Shown here: piece after piece, positions 1-14,135 of the stretch
Numbering within the stretch: position 1 is the stretch's first letter
Layout of the letters: every line of letters starts with the position of its first letter
Source of the DNA: Phoronis australis
Lineage: Eukaryota; Animalia; Phoronida
DNA: 64,000 nt
Assembly: GCA_002633005.1 (NCBI GenBank)
Contig: NMRA01000341.1
Coordinates: 265,474 to 329,473, forward strand
Direction: 5' to 3'
Made by a program: the position numbers and the translations under genes
Notes under the pieces: model-generated
What the model saw: the letters and a program-made list of their open reading frames with translations, nothing else
What the model was told of the DNA's origin: nothing
The model's database searches: none

Positions 1-219
1 TAAAACCTTCTGAGGTCGAGTAAATGTAAATTTATAGAGGTGCAAATATACACCTGGCACGCGTGAACGATATTTCAATTCACGCAGGGGTGTAAATGCA
101 TGTTGGGTAGGTCAAAAATGCCATTTCAACATCATTTCTTAGTGTGCAAGCCATCTTGAGTGTATCAATGACAAAATAATCAGTATCAGTATTCACACAC
201 CAAAGAAAAAAACACGAAC

Positions 220-947
220 ATTTGGGGGCTCGATACTAATTGATATGCAATTTCCATTGATACCACTGGCGCAATTGATACATCCCAAGTTATTTTATTA
301 TTCAAATGATAGCCTCGTGGAATGCAACACGGAATCAAGTAATCAACTGTAACTGCCCAAATTTCAGGTATGCATTTTTGAACAGGAAAACTGTTTTGCT
401 TTTGCAACTGCAGAAAGTTTACCTATGGTGCGGCTATGAAGTCCTGTACCCATTTCTTTCCATCTTACGACCTGACTCCAACGGTTTTCTGACTGATACA
501 TGTACATGTATATGAGGACAGATAGATTGGTTTCTTTGTTTGTATGTTCGAACAATATTTCACAAAAGCGAGTTGGTCTACCCATGTAGAATATCATCTG
601 CTATTTGACAATTCGTCTTCTAAATTTTCATTAACTGTGTACTGCGACAAGTCCATCGATCTTTGGTTATCCGTACTTACCGTTTGCAATACAGTCCCAA
701 GAGCAGCCCGTGGGTGATACCCGGGTCCCAGATCAAGGAAATTATAATAGAAAACGTTGCTCGTGTCGCTTCTTTGCTTCAAAATTTACAGAGCACTGAA
801 CACAAATGTCGCCTTTCTTTACCCCTTAGGAACACAATGTCAACTCACAGACACACCTGGGTGTACATTTGCATGTGGGGTATACCAGCTGCACGGGTGT
901 AAAAGTGCTGTATACAAACGGGAACCTTGTCGACCAACGCTGTCTGT
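220..947 (-). pseudogene. Candidate multi-exon coding segment of unknown product with short introns (exons ~947..857, 776..681, 492..423, 313..220)
   Basis: Four consecutive GT-AG bounded segments join in frame (phases 0,0,1) without stops: ..LVDKVPVCIQHFYTRAAGIPHMQMYTQ/QRSDTSNVFYYNFLDLGPGYHPRAALGTVLQT/SENRWSQVVRWKEMGTGLHSRTI-G/YHLNNKITWDVSIAPVVSMEIAYQLVSSPQ. Introns are 80, 188 and 109 nt. Two acceptors are weak (AAG, GAG) and no family is recognised. Confidence 0.35.
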
Positions 948-2271
948 CTGACAACTAGGAAAACGTGAAAATGAAGGTGGTGAACACTTAAAACGAGTTT
1001 ATAAAGCGGCAATGTACCCAGGTCCCGTCTAAGAAACTAAAGTTTGATTGGTCTGAACTTGTTCCTTAGGTGAAAAGTAGTTTTTGTTCTTGCAAATAAC
1101 TGACAGTTCCTTATCCCTTGACGGAGACCATGTACAGCGTATAAAATGACGCAATAACAAGTCCACTCGTAGAGAGCTTTGAACCAATACCAAGCTGTCA
1201 GTTCTTTCGAAGTTCTGAAATCACCTCTAATTTAAGTAAAGAGAAATTTGAAATCATTTCATGACGGTAAGTTGCTTTTTGTGATGGAAGGCAAGTTTAT
1301 AGCCAATTTATACATGCGTTTACTAGGCTTTCGTGTAAGAAGGTCTTTGATTGAGATTTGGACAAAATGAGAAAAAAATATGTACAATAGAAAATATTTC
1401 GAGAGAAAATTTACCATTTACTACCCGAAACAGCAAAACTGAACTGAATGACGTGAACGTCTTCACATTGCATTATTTATCTAAGCACTGAAGGTTTTGG
1501 TTTTGAATTGATTCAATACGTCCTCGATTTGCTCATCACTGTTGTATGCTATTCCTGTTGGCTCAATAATATGCCAATCCATGGTATTCGGCAGACTGTA
1601 ACATCTGTGACACCTTTTGGATAAATATTGCACTACATATTTGTATTTACGCTAATTGGTTGAGCACCTTTACCAAAGAGATTCTGTTTCCGCTTGAGTG
1701 GAGACAGACATAATTAGTTCTGTTCATGCCGAACAGGAGCGAGCTATTTTCCCGAAAAAGTTGTCGAATTATAAATACCTACATTTCAAGCTGATATTGA
1801 CACTGTGTTGTGGCTTGCCATTTTGTGTAAATATTTTATTTCGCATGGGTAATGAAGCATATCAGTAACCAGAGTACAACGAAGAAAAACAAGAAAATCT
1901 GTACTTATAGAGATCTGAGTTTTCCAACAGATCGTATTATCAACATTTCAGCTCCCCGTCTTGTTGTAAATATGAAAAAGTTCATTGCTAAAATTCATAG
2001 CCAACTGTGCATTCTGCGACTGAGCAAAACGCGAAAACTAATTTTTGTTACTCGTAGCGAGCCATAATAATTGATCATTGAAGGCTTTATCAGATATTTA
2101 ATTAAATTTTTATGAATTATGATAACACCTCTACACTTTATGAAATAGTTTAACATATCTTTACTTGCAAGTAATAATTACTTTCGATATATAGTGATAT
2201 GAGTTTCCAGGCTGATGAGTAACTCATTTTTATCTGATCTATGTCCCAGTGATTTTCAGTAGCAATACTTG

Positions 2272-2378
2272 TTTTGCAAATTCCATGTAATTTGCAGACA
2301 CTTTGCGACTGAATTGATTGCCATATATTTTGCAAATTCCCAATAATTTGCAGACACTTAGCGACTGAATTGATTGCC
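2272..2378. repeat. 56-bp tandem duplication
   Basis: ttttgcaaattcc...taatttgcagacactt.gcgactgaattgattgcc occurs twice. Confidence 0.85.
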
Positions 2379-3457
2379 TTCTGTCTTCCGTCGGCACGTC
2401 AAACATCGACACAATGATTTTATGCGCGACTGAATGAGTCAAATATACTTGTATGCGGGTGGGAACTGGTAGCATGTAGTGAAGTCTAGACTACGTTCCG
2501 CAGTAGCAAGACATTCACACGGGAAACTAGCTCGCAAGCTCGTCGCATAGATATCGGTAGATAGGCGTATCCACTGTTCTTTCTTTCTTATAATAAATAT
2601 AACAGTAAGCATTCATAGGTAACCGACTGATGTGCGCTCAAGGCACGATATCCGTGCGACCTGTATTGTTATATCCAAAAAAGACGCAACAAAGGAAAAC
2701 AACGGTAGCGTCCAATAGGCGATAACCATGCGACGCGCTTACGCCCGTCGCATGGATCTCGCAAGTTGAACAATAGCTTGCGACCTCCATACGACGTCAT
2801 TTGTACTCATTTGCGGCGAGAAATATTCGCTTATGGAACGGTAACAGAAGTCTATCTCATAACTCATGAGTTCTATTCCATAATTCCACGGTGTCCAAAT
2901 TCACCGACCAATCACTTCAGTGGCAGCGATTTTGCTAAAATACGCTAATTCGCCAATAAGGATTCGAACACACTCGTGAAAGTCTCGCCTTTCACTCGCG
3001 TGATCGTGCTTTTCTTGCAAGAAAACTGACCTGTGACACGCTCTGTTCTGAGTTGCAAACTAACAGCGCCATTAAACCATTAATAGAGAATGTTCTCCTG
3101 CCTCTAAACATGTTCTCAAAGAACGTTCCCACGATATCATTTAGCTATATATGAGCTATATCAACTGTCAACCAGACAGTTCTGACGTGCACGCACCGAA
3201 CCCTCGGCAAGACTCGCAGACACCAGTATTGAATCCACTGGAAATAGTAAAAAGCCTATAGCAGATAATTAAAAATAGCTGATGACACGATGATAAGACA
3301 TAGAGTAATAATCCAATATTGGATCCTGTTATACATTTTTCAAAAGTGAATCTAAACTATTTGTGTAATTAGTACCCAGAGTGGTCATGAAATCACCTCA
3401 ACTCCGCTTAATATTGTAAAATTGCAAATTGCCAACCAGTTAAAACGTTCACCATTA

Positions 3458-3718
3458 CATGCGTACACCCGGGGGGGTTGGCTCGGGGGGCTCGAATGAG
3501 CCTCCCCGTTTGGCGAAGTGGGCAAAAAGGTCCGCCACAGAGAAACAAAATGTCCCAGGAAACGAGACAAAGTCCACCAAAAAGGCGCAGACACACAGTT
3601 CACAGTTATGAAGGTGTTACCCCGTTTTGCTTTTTTTAGTCCTGCCGCCTTTATGTCAGCAAAAGTTCGACATCGTCAGAAATTCGAGCCCCCATATTAA
3701 AGGCTGGGTGCGCGCATG
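3458..3718. mobile_element. Non-autonomous DNA transposon (MITE), CA...TG ends, 5-bp TSD (hAT5-like)
   Basis: Ends catgcgtacacccgg / ctgggtgcgcgcatg, subterminal ggggctcgaa/ttcgagcccc, and an exact CATTA on both flanks. Confidence 0.8.
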
Positions 3719-4876
3719 CATTACATGGTCATTTGGGTATTCAAGCAAAAAACGACAAATATCAATATTGTGTAGGAGACTAAAAATATCTAAATTTGGC
3801 AAATTTCGGAACATCATATCTTAGAAATTGTTGATCGGATTCTTATGAAACATTCATATACCATCATAATTTAAGCACTATTCTCCAGAATAGGCCTACT
3901 GTTAATCAGGAATTATTTTGCATGGGAGTCTGAAACAGTAGAACCTTTCTGATTTTTATAAAAATACCTTAACTTCGGAAATTGATCGAACGTCTGAAAT
4001 TAATTGTAAATTTGAAATTTACACCTCTCGTAATGTTCACGAAACTAGGATTACTGTTACAGTCTTTGGGCGGTGGGTCGGTTGGAATTAGCCGGCACTT
4101 GTGCGTTTGAATGATTGACGTCCGAGTTTGCGTCCGTTGAGTTTGCCGCAATAGGCGGCCCCGTTAGGTGTAAATGCTGTGGGTCAACCGAAGAAAACGC
4201 TGTGCATTGTCTGGAGGCTGACAAACGAGGTTACAAATGATGGCGAAGTAAAATCAGATTTAAATTTCTTGGATATCTTATGCAATTGAAGTATCCACTT
4301 TAACAGTGAAAGTATATGGTGAACATGTTGAATTCTGAAAACTGATTGGAATAATGCACTTTAGTCTGTTTTTCGCGTTCAAGACCTCTTTAAATTCAAG
4401 GCTATCTTAATTTCTTTCACATGGCCTCGAATTCTATGGTTCTCAGTCATAAAAATCATTAAAATTTCAGTCATATCATAATCATCAGGTGGTCTCTCTA
4501 GCTATGGTTTTATTGCAATTAGAATATATTCTGTTATTTCTGCTGGTCGTTAAATTAAACTGTTCTAATTGCTCTTTGATGTTACGTTGTTTTGTCGGTG
4601 TGCCGTGACTTCTAAGGATTTTACTTTTTAATCAAAAAAGTGGATATTACTTTTAAAGCTCTAATTCGCTTAATGATACGTGAATAAAACTGAACACTGG
4701 ATTTTAGACTAGACATAGCGTCATATCACTTAAAGCTGCAATTTCGTCCTGTTTAGCTGACTAAACAGCGAACATTGATTTAAACCCTTTATTGTCATAA
4801 AATTGATCTCACAACATTCATTACCGTGATATGATTCTATTTCCGTTACTAACAAGAACATAGAAGCCATCAGCTA

Positions 4877-4922
4877 CATGCGCGCACCCAGCCTAAAATA
4901 TAGGGGGGGGGGGGGGGGGGGG
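4877..4922. mobile_element. Terminus of a second, oppositely oriented copy of the 3458-3718 MITE family, running into the assembly gap
   Basis: catgcgcgcacccagcct is the exact reverse complement of 3701-3718; followed by poly-G and Ns. Confidence 0.7.
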
Positions 4923-5363
4923 NNNNNNNNNNNNNNNNNNNNNNNNNNNNNNNNNNNNNNNNNNNNNNNNNNNNNNNNNNNNNNNNNNNNNNNNNNNNNN
5001 NNNNNNNNNNNNNNNNNNNNNNNNNNNNNNNNNNNNNNNNNNNNNNNNNNNNNNNNNNNNNNNNNNNNNNNNNNNNNNNNNNNNNNNNNNNNNNNNNNNN
5101 NNNNNNNNNNNNNNNNNNNNNNNNNNNNNNNNNNNNNNNNNNNNNNNNNNNNNNNNNNNNNNNNNNNNNNNNNNNNNNNNNNNNNNNNNNNNNNNNNNNN
5201 NNNNNNNNNNNNNNNNNNNNNNNNNNNNNNNNNNNNNNNNNNNNNNNNNNNNNNNNNNNNNNNNNNNNNNNNNNNNNNNNNNNNNNNNNNNNNNNNNNNN
5301 NNNNNNNNNNNNNNNNNNNNNNNNNNNNNNNNNNNNNNNNNNNNNNNNNNNNNNNNNNNNNNN
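4923..5363. other. Assembly gap (N run)
   Basis: N run; other gaps at 20462-20520 and 34220-34614. Confidence 1.
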
Positions 5364-6909
5364 GGGTCTTCCACAGTTTGGAGGGAAAGCGCCCGTAAAA
5401 TCGGCGCCGAGGGCATCTTGTTTTGTTTGGTTCTACGAGGAAGGGGTGGGGTGGTATGGGGTGGGGTGTGGCTCTTAACCACCTATGTGTCGCGGCCTGT
5501 GTCAGTAGTGATTCACGCAGACCTTACACCTACTGTACTCCGACCCTGGAAAGACGATTGCCGATCGAAATTTATGACCACGTTTATCGACAGATATAAA
5601 ATTGAGCCGTCAAACTAACTGCGATGATTATTATTTAACTAAGACTAATGCTTGTAAAGCTCTGCCACTAAAAGGTTAACGCATCATTTAAGTACGTTGT
5701 CATTAATGTAGGCGAATTGTAGAAATAATTTGCAACGGTTAGTGATGCGTCGACTGCAGTCTGCGCCCATTCACCGACCAATGACATAAGGAGACATGAT
5801 AGTCACAGAAAACGATTCCTTCTTAGCGTGATATCTATGAATCATTCATAAAACAGGGGGTTCAATGTACGTGATAACAACGAGACTTTGTAGCATAATT
5901 GAATTTCTGTTGTTTTCAAGCTTGTTCTTTTTGAGAACACGCATCTACACTTCTGGAAAAGCACTCTGCTTATAAAAAAATGCATTAAGCCGGGGTTTTC
6001 TGTCAAAGAACCGGTATGGAGGACAGATACCATTATGAAACTGGTGACAAACTCTACCTTACCTAAGTACAGATTTGGGAAGAACTGATAACACTCTGCC
6101 TTAGCTAAGTGTAAGTTTGGGAAGAACTCATAATTCAATATTACTTCAAATTAAATAAAATGAATAATATTTTTGAAACTTTATAAAAGCAAATTACTTT
6201 CACAGTGTACTTGTTATACGTAGATATTTGATACTAGTTTGTTGTTCATCCAGGCGTATATTTATTTAATAGTGAATTATACAACGTGCTTTAGACAGCA
6301 ACAGGCGCTTGCCTTCTTTCGTTCTCTGCATATCGTTGATCTCTATTCCAAGTGATCCAAATACATCGTAAAATACTCTTAACGTATTCATTTTGGGCAC
6401 GACGGGGGTAACTAGTCCGCATAGTGGCTTCAAAATTTGTCCGCGGGTTTAAATCATGGGTGACTTTCACACACAATAGGTGTGTAACACAGAAGCTAAT
6501 TATTTTATCACCCCCTGTGGATTCTGGACAGCGAAGTCCGGAATGGTCGTTCAAAACCATCGTTTGTGGGACTAAGATGGTGGACTATCGCTGGATTTGC
6601 ATGTTCCCTTGGCCTGACTATAATTATAAGCTTAAGCACAGGCTTGAGTGACTTGTCGGAACTGTCTACTCGGTTCACCGTTATCGAAGCCACATCAACG
6701 TCAATCGTGAAAATTGCAATGGCATCGCAAAAATAATGGATTGGCTCCGGTTGGTTCGTGGCAGCATCTTCGAGTATTGTTGTATGACGAGACCTTGAAA
6801 GTGTCCTCTAAAAGAACTTGAAATTGTGTAGACCGCAGTAACAAATCGTTCTTTACAATTCTGAAAGAGTCGTAGTGACCTGTTTCGTTAGTTTAACTGT
6901 TCAGCCCAG

Positions 6910-7038
6910 GCGTGCGTTCAGTAGACGCTAGGTCCTAGTCAAAGTCACGTGCTCTCATTTAAAATTCACGGCAATATCTCACGTAATCTCGCGAAGTCTT
7001 GCTTTTTAGCGAGGTCCTAGCGTTACTGAACGTGAGGC
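6910..7038. mobile_element. ~130-bp MITE, copy 1 (copy 2 at 60071-60210)
   Basis: TIRs gcgtgcgttcagtagacgctagg / cctagcgttactgaacgtgaggc; near-identical to 60071-60210; flanked AG/AG. Confidence 0.85.
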
Positions 7039-10000
7039 AGGTCTGTTTAAAAACGTCAATAGTGAGAGAGCCGTAGAGGCAGACTGATCATTCATTGGAA
7101 ATGTCGTGTTAGATTTTCCAAGAAAAAAATGTATTTACTGAATGTGTGTTCGAATTTTCAATACTCGAAATTAAATCAACTGATTAAAGCTTTTCTCATC
7201 AACGTTTAAAGAGAATGAATAAACGCCATTGCGTTTGTGCTTGTTAACATCAAATCTCTGTTTTCCATCATTAGATACATTTTTCCTGTTGTGCGTCATT
7301 CGGAATTTGTCATTGAGAACCAATCAGATGTCTTAGTCGGTTGACGTGTCAAGATGTTGAAATTCTACCAAAATTAAGTTAGTTTAAACAACTACAAGAC
7401 ACTTATTGCCACACAATTTACAAAGTTTTAAATATGTTCGTGCTCTACATATACACCACAGGTATTTTGCGGGCTCTTGGAATTTGCCCTAAAATTTCCT
7501 CGACGAAATGAAAAATCAGATATTGGAAGGGACTATATAAAATCTTTCAGGCGGTTTATTATGTTCTGAGCGTGTATAGGGTTCTCAAGGTGATAAAACA
7601 GATGAGACGCCTGGGGATTGCTCAGTAGCCATTTTTCAGGCAGCCCGCATCAGATATCCGATCTCCCTTCCGATCAGATGTCATTTGAACACTGTATCTT
7701 GTCAACTTTGTGACTAGCTTGGTATTGCGACTCATTTGTAATAAGTCTCACTACAACTTTGAGTCGCCCATAAGCTTGTAGTGCCCCTGGTAACACCAGC
7801 TCTTTTGCAAGAGCTCACGATTGAATTGATGTACGCGTCGACCGAGTGAGTGTGCGATGCACTTACGTTTGTTGTAGTTTCTCATATAAAATTAATTATC
7901 TCCTTCAGAAACACTGAGAAAAACGAACTCCTGTAACTTCAAAGAACAATGAGTCACTGCTATCAAGTAAAAGCGCTTTGCTTTGTTATAAGAACGTTTA
8001 AGGCGAGAGTCGATATGCCATAGAAGAAAAACATTGTTTGGAGGATCGCGTAAAGTAGCGAGAAACAACTCATTGTCAATACAACAGTTTAATATTGAAT
8101 AAATTATAAATGCAAAGACATTAGAATGCGCATAAATAATAGCTACTGTGATGACTAAAGGCATGCACTGGCAACCAGTGCGTCTGTTCATTGAGTAGAG
8201 TTTATGTGATGGTTAGATATTACATTGACAAGGTTAACAGTGAGATCTGGCTGTTTTGATAAAGGATGAATAGTCCCATCCTAAGCTAAACACTTTCTCA
8301 ATATAGAATAACGAATTCAATTGTGAATCTCGTTTTCGAAGCGTTGTGCAGTTATAAGCAAAGAAAAATACACTAGTGCGCATCCGCGGGTGTTTCTTCA
8401 ACTAGTCCGTTCCGTAACGCTAAATTTTAGTGAGTGGAAGGCAGTAAGATCACGTGACTTGTTGACAGTGCATGAAGATAAAACACGTAGTCTTCTCGGG
8501 ACGAAACCCGCAAAACACTGACTTGACGGAACCCAGCTCCACATAGTAAAGTGTGGGGAACCAGTGACTTAACAGTTAGGTTCCTCAGTGGAGGGACGTG
8601 CAGCACTAGGCGAGAGTAACGCATAATCCCAGTGGCATTGTTACATTTCAGGACGGGCTATTGTGTTCTATTCGTCCTATACATGTGCACTTTCACAATT
8701 ACTTCGGTAAGTTTGCAACACATTTCACAGCATAAGCATCAACCTCTCATGAACTATCCCACGACATTCATTTTCTATAATGTAATGAACACAGCATAAT
8801 GCCTAAAAATGTCTATTAAAATAAACTTGCATTGAAGTCGAAGACTATATCTCAATTCACTTTGATGATGTCATTTCTGGTGACGATTTGTTTCACAATA
8901 GTTTACATGAGCAGTCAACTTAACTTAACAGCAACGCGAAAACAAAAATCTGATATCTCGTATTACTTGACTTGATTGCACCGGGATATTACATAAAATA
9001 TACAGGACAACATTGCAACACGCGCGTAATATAACTGAGATTGTCACAAAGGTAAATGACTTAAAACTGCTGGGACGAACTGTCGTTTGTAGTGGCTGAT
9101 TCATGACATTCAAATAATAAACGATGCCTGCATAAATAACAAAAAACCAGATCTCAAAATAAAAATAACAAAAGTTAGCACCTTTAATAAATTAAGATGA
9201 GTTATGTACAACAGAGTGGAATGTTGAAATAAATACTGACTTTACCACACGAAATGTCACTAACGACTGTATGTTAACCTAGCTCCCTAGGTGTTTTTGA
9301 AGTCTGCTTCGTTTTCTTTGTGATCAGCAGTTATTCTTATGAGAATCGCTGATTACTCCATAATTCCCATCGTCCACGGTGAAGATATTTCCACAAAACG
9401 TAACGTGACAGCAACACATTTTGATTTTAAGCAAGTTAATACCCCCGTCGTCGTTCACAGATTCAACACTCCATGGAATGTCTGGTGGAAAGTGGGTTCG
9501 ATATGATTGATATGAACCATTGGTGGCGTGCCTAAATTGGTTCCGACAGAACAGTAACAGGCGTACATGTAGATGTTCCAGGATCGATGACCCGGAGTCC
9601 AAAAGTGGACAAAGCTGTGGAGCATTTTGAAATCTTCCACGACAGCAATGTTAAAGTGACCAAATAGGGTACTCTTCGCACATCCTCTCTGGAGCAGATG
9701 GTTGGAGACACCCGGCGAGAATTTGTCAGATCTGTTCTAATCTTCCAACGTGTCGAGATAATTTCTGGAAAATAATAAAAATACCATAAGACTCTTCCAT
9801 GGGGAATATGTTACAGTTTCTGAGTGTGTTATTCTCCAAGTTATCAATGTTAGCGTTGGTGGATTTTTAATTCCGGCAAATAAGAAAATCGAAGAGCAAT
9901 TTCACGCCCACAATTTACACAAGGGTACATTCAGCGTAACACGAGGAAAGTTTAGACACGGAATATGATCACAGGTTAAACAGGAATCTGGGATGAGTTC

Positions 10001-11562
10001 CGTAGACACAAGAATATCGTGAGTAAAGACCCTGTAACCACGAGTTTCCCTTGTAAAGCATGGCGGCTATTCGCGAAGGTTTGCGAGCTTTTGTTGTTTT
10101 TTTGTTTTGATGTGATGGAAGGCGTGCTCGTAGTCGATTTAAAACAGCTCAAGATCAACAGAACCCTAAAGCATTTTATTCACTAACGATTACAATTGCC
10201 CTTCAAATTGTGCAACTCTAAAACATTCTTTACGGCACGTAAAAAGTCCATAAATTATATATGCAAGGCCGAGTGCTGTTGAATTAATAAGTCAGTAGAT
10301 AGGTGTACTTGAGTGAATGAATGTTTTTATCCAATCATCGACGTAATTAGTGACCAATCGGGTAGCTTTACTGTTGCAGTAAAAAGTCGTTCACGCACAT
10401 TAACCCATTATTAAGGAAAATCTAGTGAATATAAATTGCCAATCCATTCCCGAGAGTCAGTCGTTACGCACACGACATATGTTGTGATTTGTTTTGCTGT
10501 GTCTACTCTTTAATAAAAACTATCAAAATTCTAGTCACGACATAGCCATTAACAACTCGTCCTGGTCTGGAGAAGATTGGACCACCTGGTAAAATGTTAT
10601 AAATCATTTTGTCGATCGGTCGACACGTCACGGCTACAATATGTACCCAGCAGCAACACGTACGTGCGTGGAGTCATTCAACAAGCGATCTATCGCGTTG
10701 TGGATGATTTAAACCCATGACGCAGGTTCGTAAGAATTACTTAACGGGAGTGACTGTTACCTCAGGCAGTGCCGGGGGTTAACGCTCGCATCATCATTAC
10801 ACACGGAAATAGCGGTTTCTATTTTTAGCGGTTCTTTCTTTTGCGTATCAACGAATGACTTAGGGGATTTTGCCAAAAATATATAAAAGTCATATCGCCA
10901 ATGTAATAATTCACAATAAATGCACGAGTACCCACTAGGGCCTATTTATATTATCAAAATACTATATTGCGAAATGACCTTGCAAAAGAAACTTCAAACT
11001 ACCCAGACGTATGAATTCCGTGCAGCGTCTACCTGTGCTACAAGTCAATAACGGGGTTATCAAATGGGTGATTTATCAAAGGATAGCCTAAATAACACAA
11101 AAAGCAAAGGAGAGTTGCGTTGTGTTTCGTGATACTTGTCATGTACATATCTTCTGGCCTGCAAGAATTTCGCCTTCAGAGGTGCGCTGGACAATTACTG
11201 GTGACACACCCCTTTGGGAAACACAGAGGAGAATCCCAGTCAGTAACTTTCCTTCACTTAGACTTATTTTAGGAACGAGAATCTGGCACCTTTTTGCTTT
11301 CCTCACTGAATTCTAATGATCCTGGTGATATTTGACAATCGCTTTCTAGACAAAAATAATATTGCGGTACCGTTACGCATCGATTACCTCCGTCACGCGT
11401 GACACAGCGATACAAACAAACAGCAACTGACGGTATTTCCACCGAAGTTCTCGTCGTTGAGACAAAAGAACAACATACTTTAATTTCTAAATCAGTATCT
11501 AATCGACGAAACATAGGGAGGAATAAAAGCGGAGACAGACATCAGTGACGCGTCAACGTCCT

Positions 11563-11650
11563 GTATTATTGTTATTATCATCATCATTATCATTATTATT
11601 ACTGTTATCATTATCATTATCATAAAATGATTATCATCACCACCAACACC

Positions 11651-11682
<32 letters not shown>

Positions 11683-11686
11683 TATA
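11563..11686. repeat. Compound trinucleotide microsatellite (ATT/ATC/ACC)
   Basis: Direct reading. Confidence 0.9.
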
Positions 11687-12759
11687 ATCCCGTTTGCTAT
11701 TATTATTCTTGTATTATAAACATGGCGCCTAGAAACGGAACAGGTGGTGTATTCCGTAATTTGCAGGACGGAACAAAACTGGGGGGAGTGTAAAACTGGT
11801 GATACGAGGGAACGAACTTAAAGACCCATCTACATGTGCTTTTTACTTTCCACAGGCACTTGATGCATGCAGTTTTAGTCGATTTTAGATATACGTAGGT
11901 GCAACTGAAATTCACAAAATACCACCGTGTCATGCAAGCTAGGTGTTTATTTCTAATACGACTATGGACATCTTCGTTTATTATGTTTTGAAATTTGTAA
12001 GTCCACCAGTTTGAGACGCCAAGTAAAAAGTAAGCGCAAAACGAGGCCATAAAATGTCAGCTTAAAGGTCCTGCACAACAGCTGACAGAATTCATGCGTG
12101 ACAGGTAGCACATCTTTTACAGCTTTTTCTCACCCAACATGGTCTGTTTTAACCACCTTAATTAATTTTCTCAGTTCTAGAACAAGATTTCTCAGTGGCA
12201 AAAAACTCAAATAAAGGTCTGAGGACCCTGTAACATTCTGTTACTTCAAAATTCCAAAAGAGCAAATAGAAACGAAAACTGTTACTCAAATTTTAAATCG
12301 CTGTTAGTGACTCAAATTGAAAAACGTCCCATGTTGGCGTTAGTGACTGTTTTCTGGTCTGTTTGACGTTTCTGGAATACCGAATATCACAAAACCGACG
12401 ACTATGGATAACGTATTCTCGCTGGAAAAGGAGATACGTTAGTTTAGCATGGATTCACTCATCAGGGTCGTTCAATGTGGAGGAGAGCATACCGTTGTAG
12501 CACCTATCGATTGGGAATTTCTCTCTAGGAGTCACCGAAGGACATGGTCTGCAACTGTGGAGTTCTAAGGCTAAAACGTGACTTTGAAATCTACTTATTT
12601 CGATCCAGGGTAAATCGTGCATCACTTGTCCTAACTGAGAAATGGACGGCCTGGTGTAGAATGTTGAATAGCTATTGAACATGTGAAAATGTACTTCGAG
12701 TGAAGCAGGAATAAGAAACTAAACGTTTCCATGACATCAGTTTTTGGCAACAGTAAGAT

Positions 12760-12842
12760 TAAAAAACGGACAATCGCCGCACAAATAAAAAAGTTCATGT
12801 TCATACAACGTTTTTATTTGTGCGGAGACTGTCCGTTTTTTA
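12760..12842. repeat. Imperfect inverted repeat / hairpin (~36-bp arms)
   Basis: taaaaaacggacaatcgccgcacaaataaaaaagtt ... aacgtttttatttgtgcggagactgtccgtttttta. Confidence 0.85.
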
Positions 12843-13574
12843 AACGTTTCCGGAGTGGTGCCATCGCGCAAGATTAGGGTTGAACTATTACATAATTTAT
12901 CTATTTGTAAAACAACTACGGGGAAATTATAAAGAATCTAAATAACAATACTCGCAAAAGTGACTTGTCTAGATTCATAAATTCTCCTTCAGCTTCAGCT
13001 TATTCGTTAAAAATGATACTGTACAAAACGTTCACCAAGGATATTTAGTACAGTCATGCACACCTTGTGCGCGTAAGTAAACCACCAAAACGCGAGATCT
13101 TTTACTTTTTACGCTGCAGTTCCGGCGAAGTAACGAACCTACGGGTATTAGTACTGGCAAGGCGACAATCGCCAATACTTTATTGCGTCAAAGTCACTAC
13201 TGTTGTGGTCGTCGTGTTGGTCACAGGTGGTGACAATATGAGATCTCGTCACCAGTATTGGTTTAGTGCAACCCGTTTAGATCTGTTTTTATATGTCTGA
13301 AATATCACATAGTGTATTGCCAAGTAGAAATAGTGCCCAATAGTTCCTTGGTGGACAAAATCGATTATTATCAATGATTACTAAAGCAATGAACTGGCAA
13401 GGTCAAAACGTGTCAAAGTTTATAATACCACAAGGCATCAAATTACGTCGCAAAGAGTGCACCTCTACTGTTGAGCTCCCGTTAGTATACTTTCAGACGT
13501 TACCTTCGGCAACATGGCACTGATAGCTGTTTACGGCCTCCGGATTCGGTAGCTACTCTCTGATCCACGGTCTG

Positions 13575-14135
13575 TCACGGAAAAGTATTTGCAATGAACA
13601 TTCAACACAGTGTATTCCGTAGCTACAGGCTACACAAACAACACAGATGACGCACTCATAAACATAGTTCCGCACTTCCAAATAATTCTCACGGGACTGG
13701 TCAACCACGTTCACTGGACTTCTAAACAGGGCTAGTCACCCACCGCCGGACTAACACGGTGCCGGTCTCCCAATAACACCAGTTACGCACTCAAAACACA
13801 GCTTTCGACTCACAAACACGATTCGGTGACTGCCAAAACGTTATACGGACATGCAGTCTGTAAACCGTATTTCTGAGCCCGGTGGGCACCCCAGGAACCA
13901 GTGAACCGTGTTTTTCGGTACTTAAGCCATCGTTTTGTGAGTCCAGTACCGTATTTGGCAGTCAATGACATGTTTTTATGAGTCCAAATACGAGTTTGTG
14001 AGTCGTTGAACTGAGTTTACCCGTCCCATGAATCCTATTTATAAGCGAACAACCACGTACAGTTATGAGTGAGACAGCCGTGTTGTTCGGGTAGCCTTCA
14101 GGAAGACCCGACAGTTCCGTCATTGCGAAACTCAA
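13575..14135. mobile_element. Degenerate foldback / palindromic non-autonomous element (boundaries approximate)
   Basis: Nested inverted matches: ggctacacaaacaacac/gtgttgttcgggtagcc, cactcataa/ttatgagtg, gactcacaaac/gtttgtgagtc, gactgccaaa/tttggcagtc. Confidence 0.6.

Noticed and set aside
3701-4894. Apparent single TTAA element with perfect 18-bp TIRs
   Set aside because: 3701-3718 is the right end of the CATTA-flanked MITE at 3458-3718, and 4877 starts a separate inverted copy.
4874-5618. Long ORFs across N runs (also 20333-20648 and 34197-34734)
   Set aside because: Artefacts of assembly gaps and (CA)n repeats.
9324-9770. Possible minus-strand exon after a strong acceptor
   Set aside because: No frame gives a recognisable protein and no partner exons were found.
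12440-12475. Other CTGATGA hammerhead-like seeds (also ~26663, ~47858, ~48839 and a CTGAATA..GAAAC at ~29950 minus)
   Set aside because: They lack a proper stem II followed by GAAA and closing stems.
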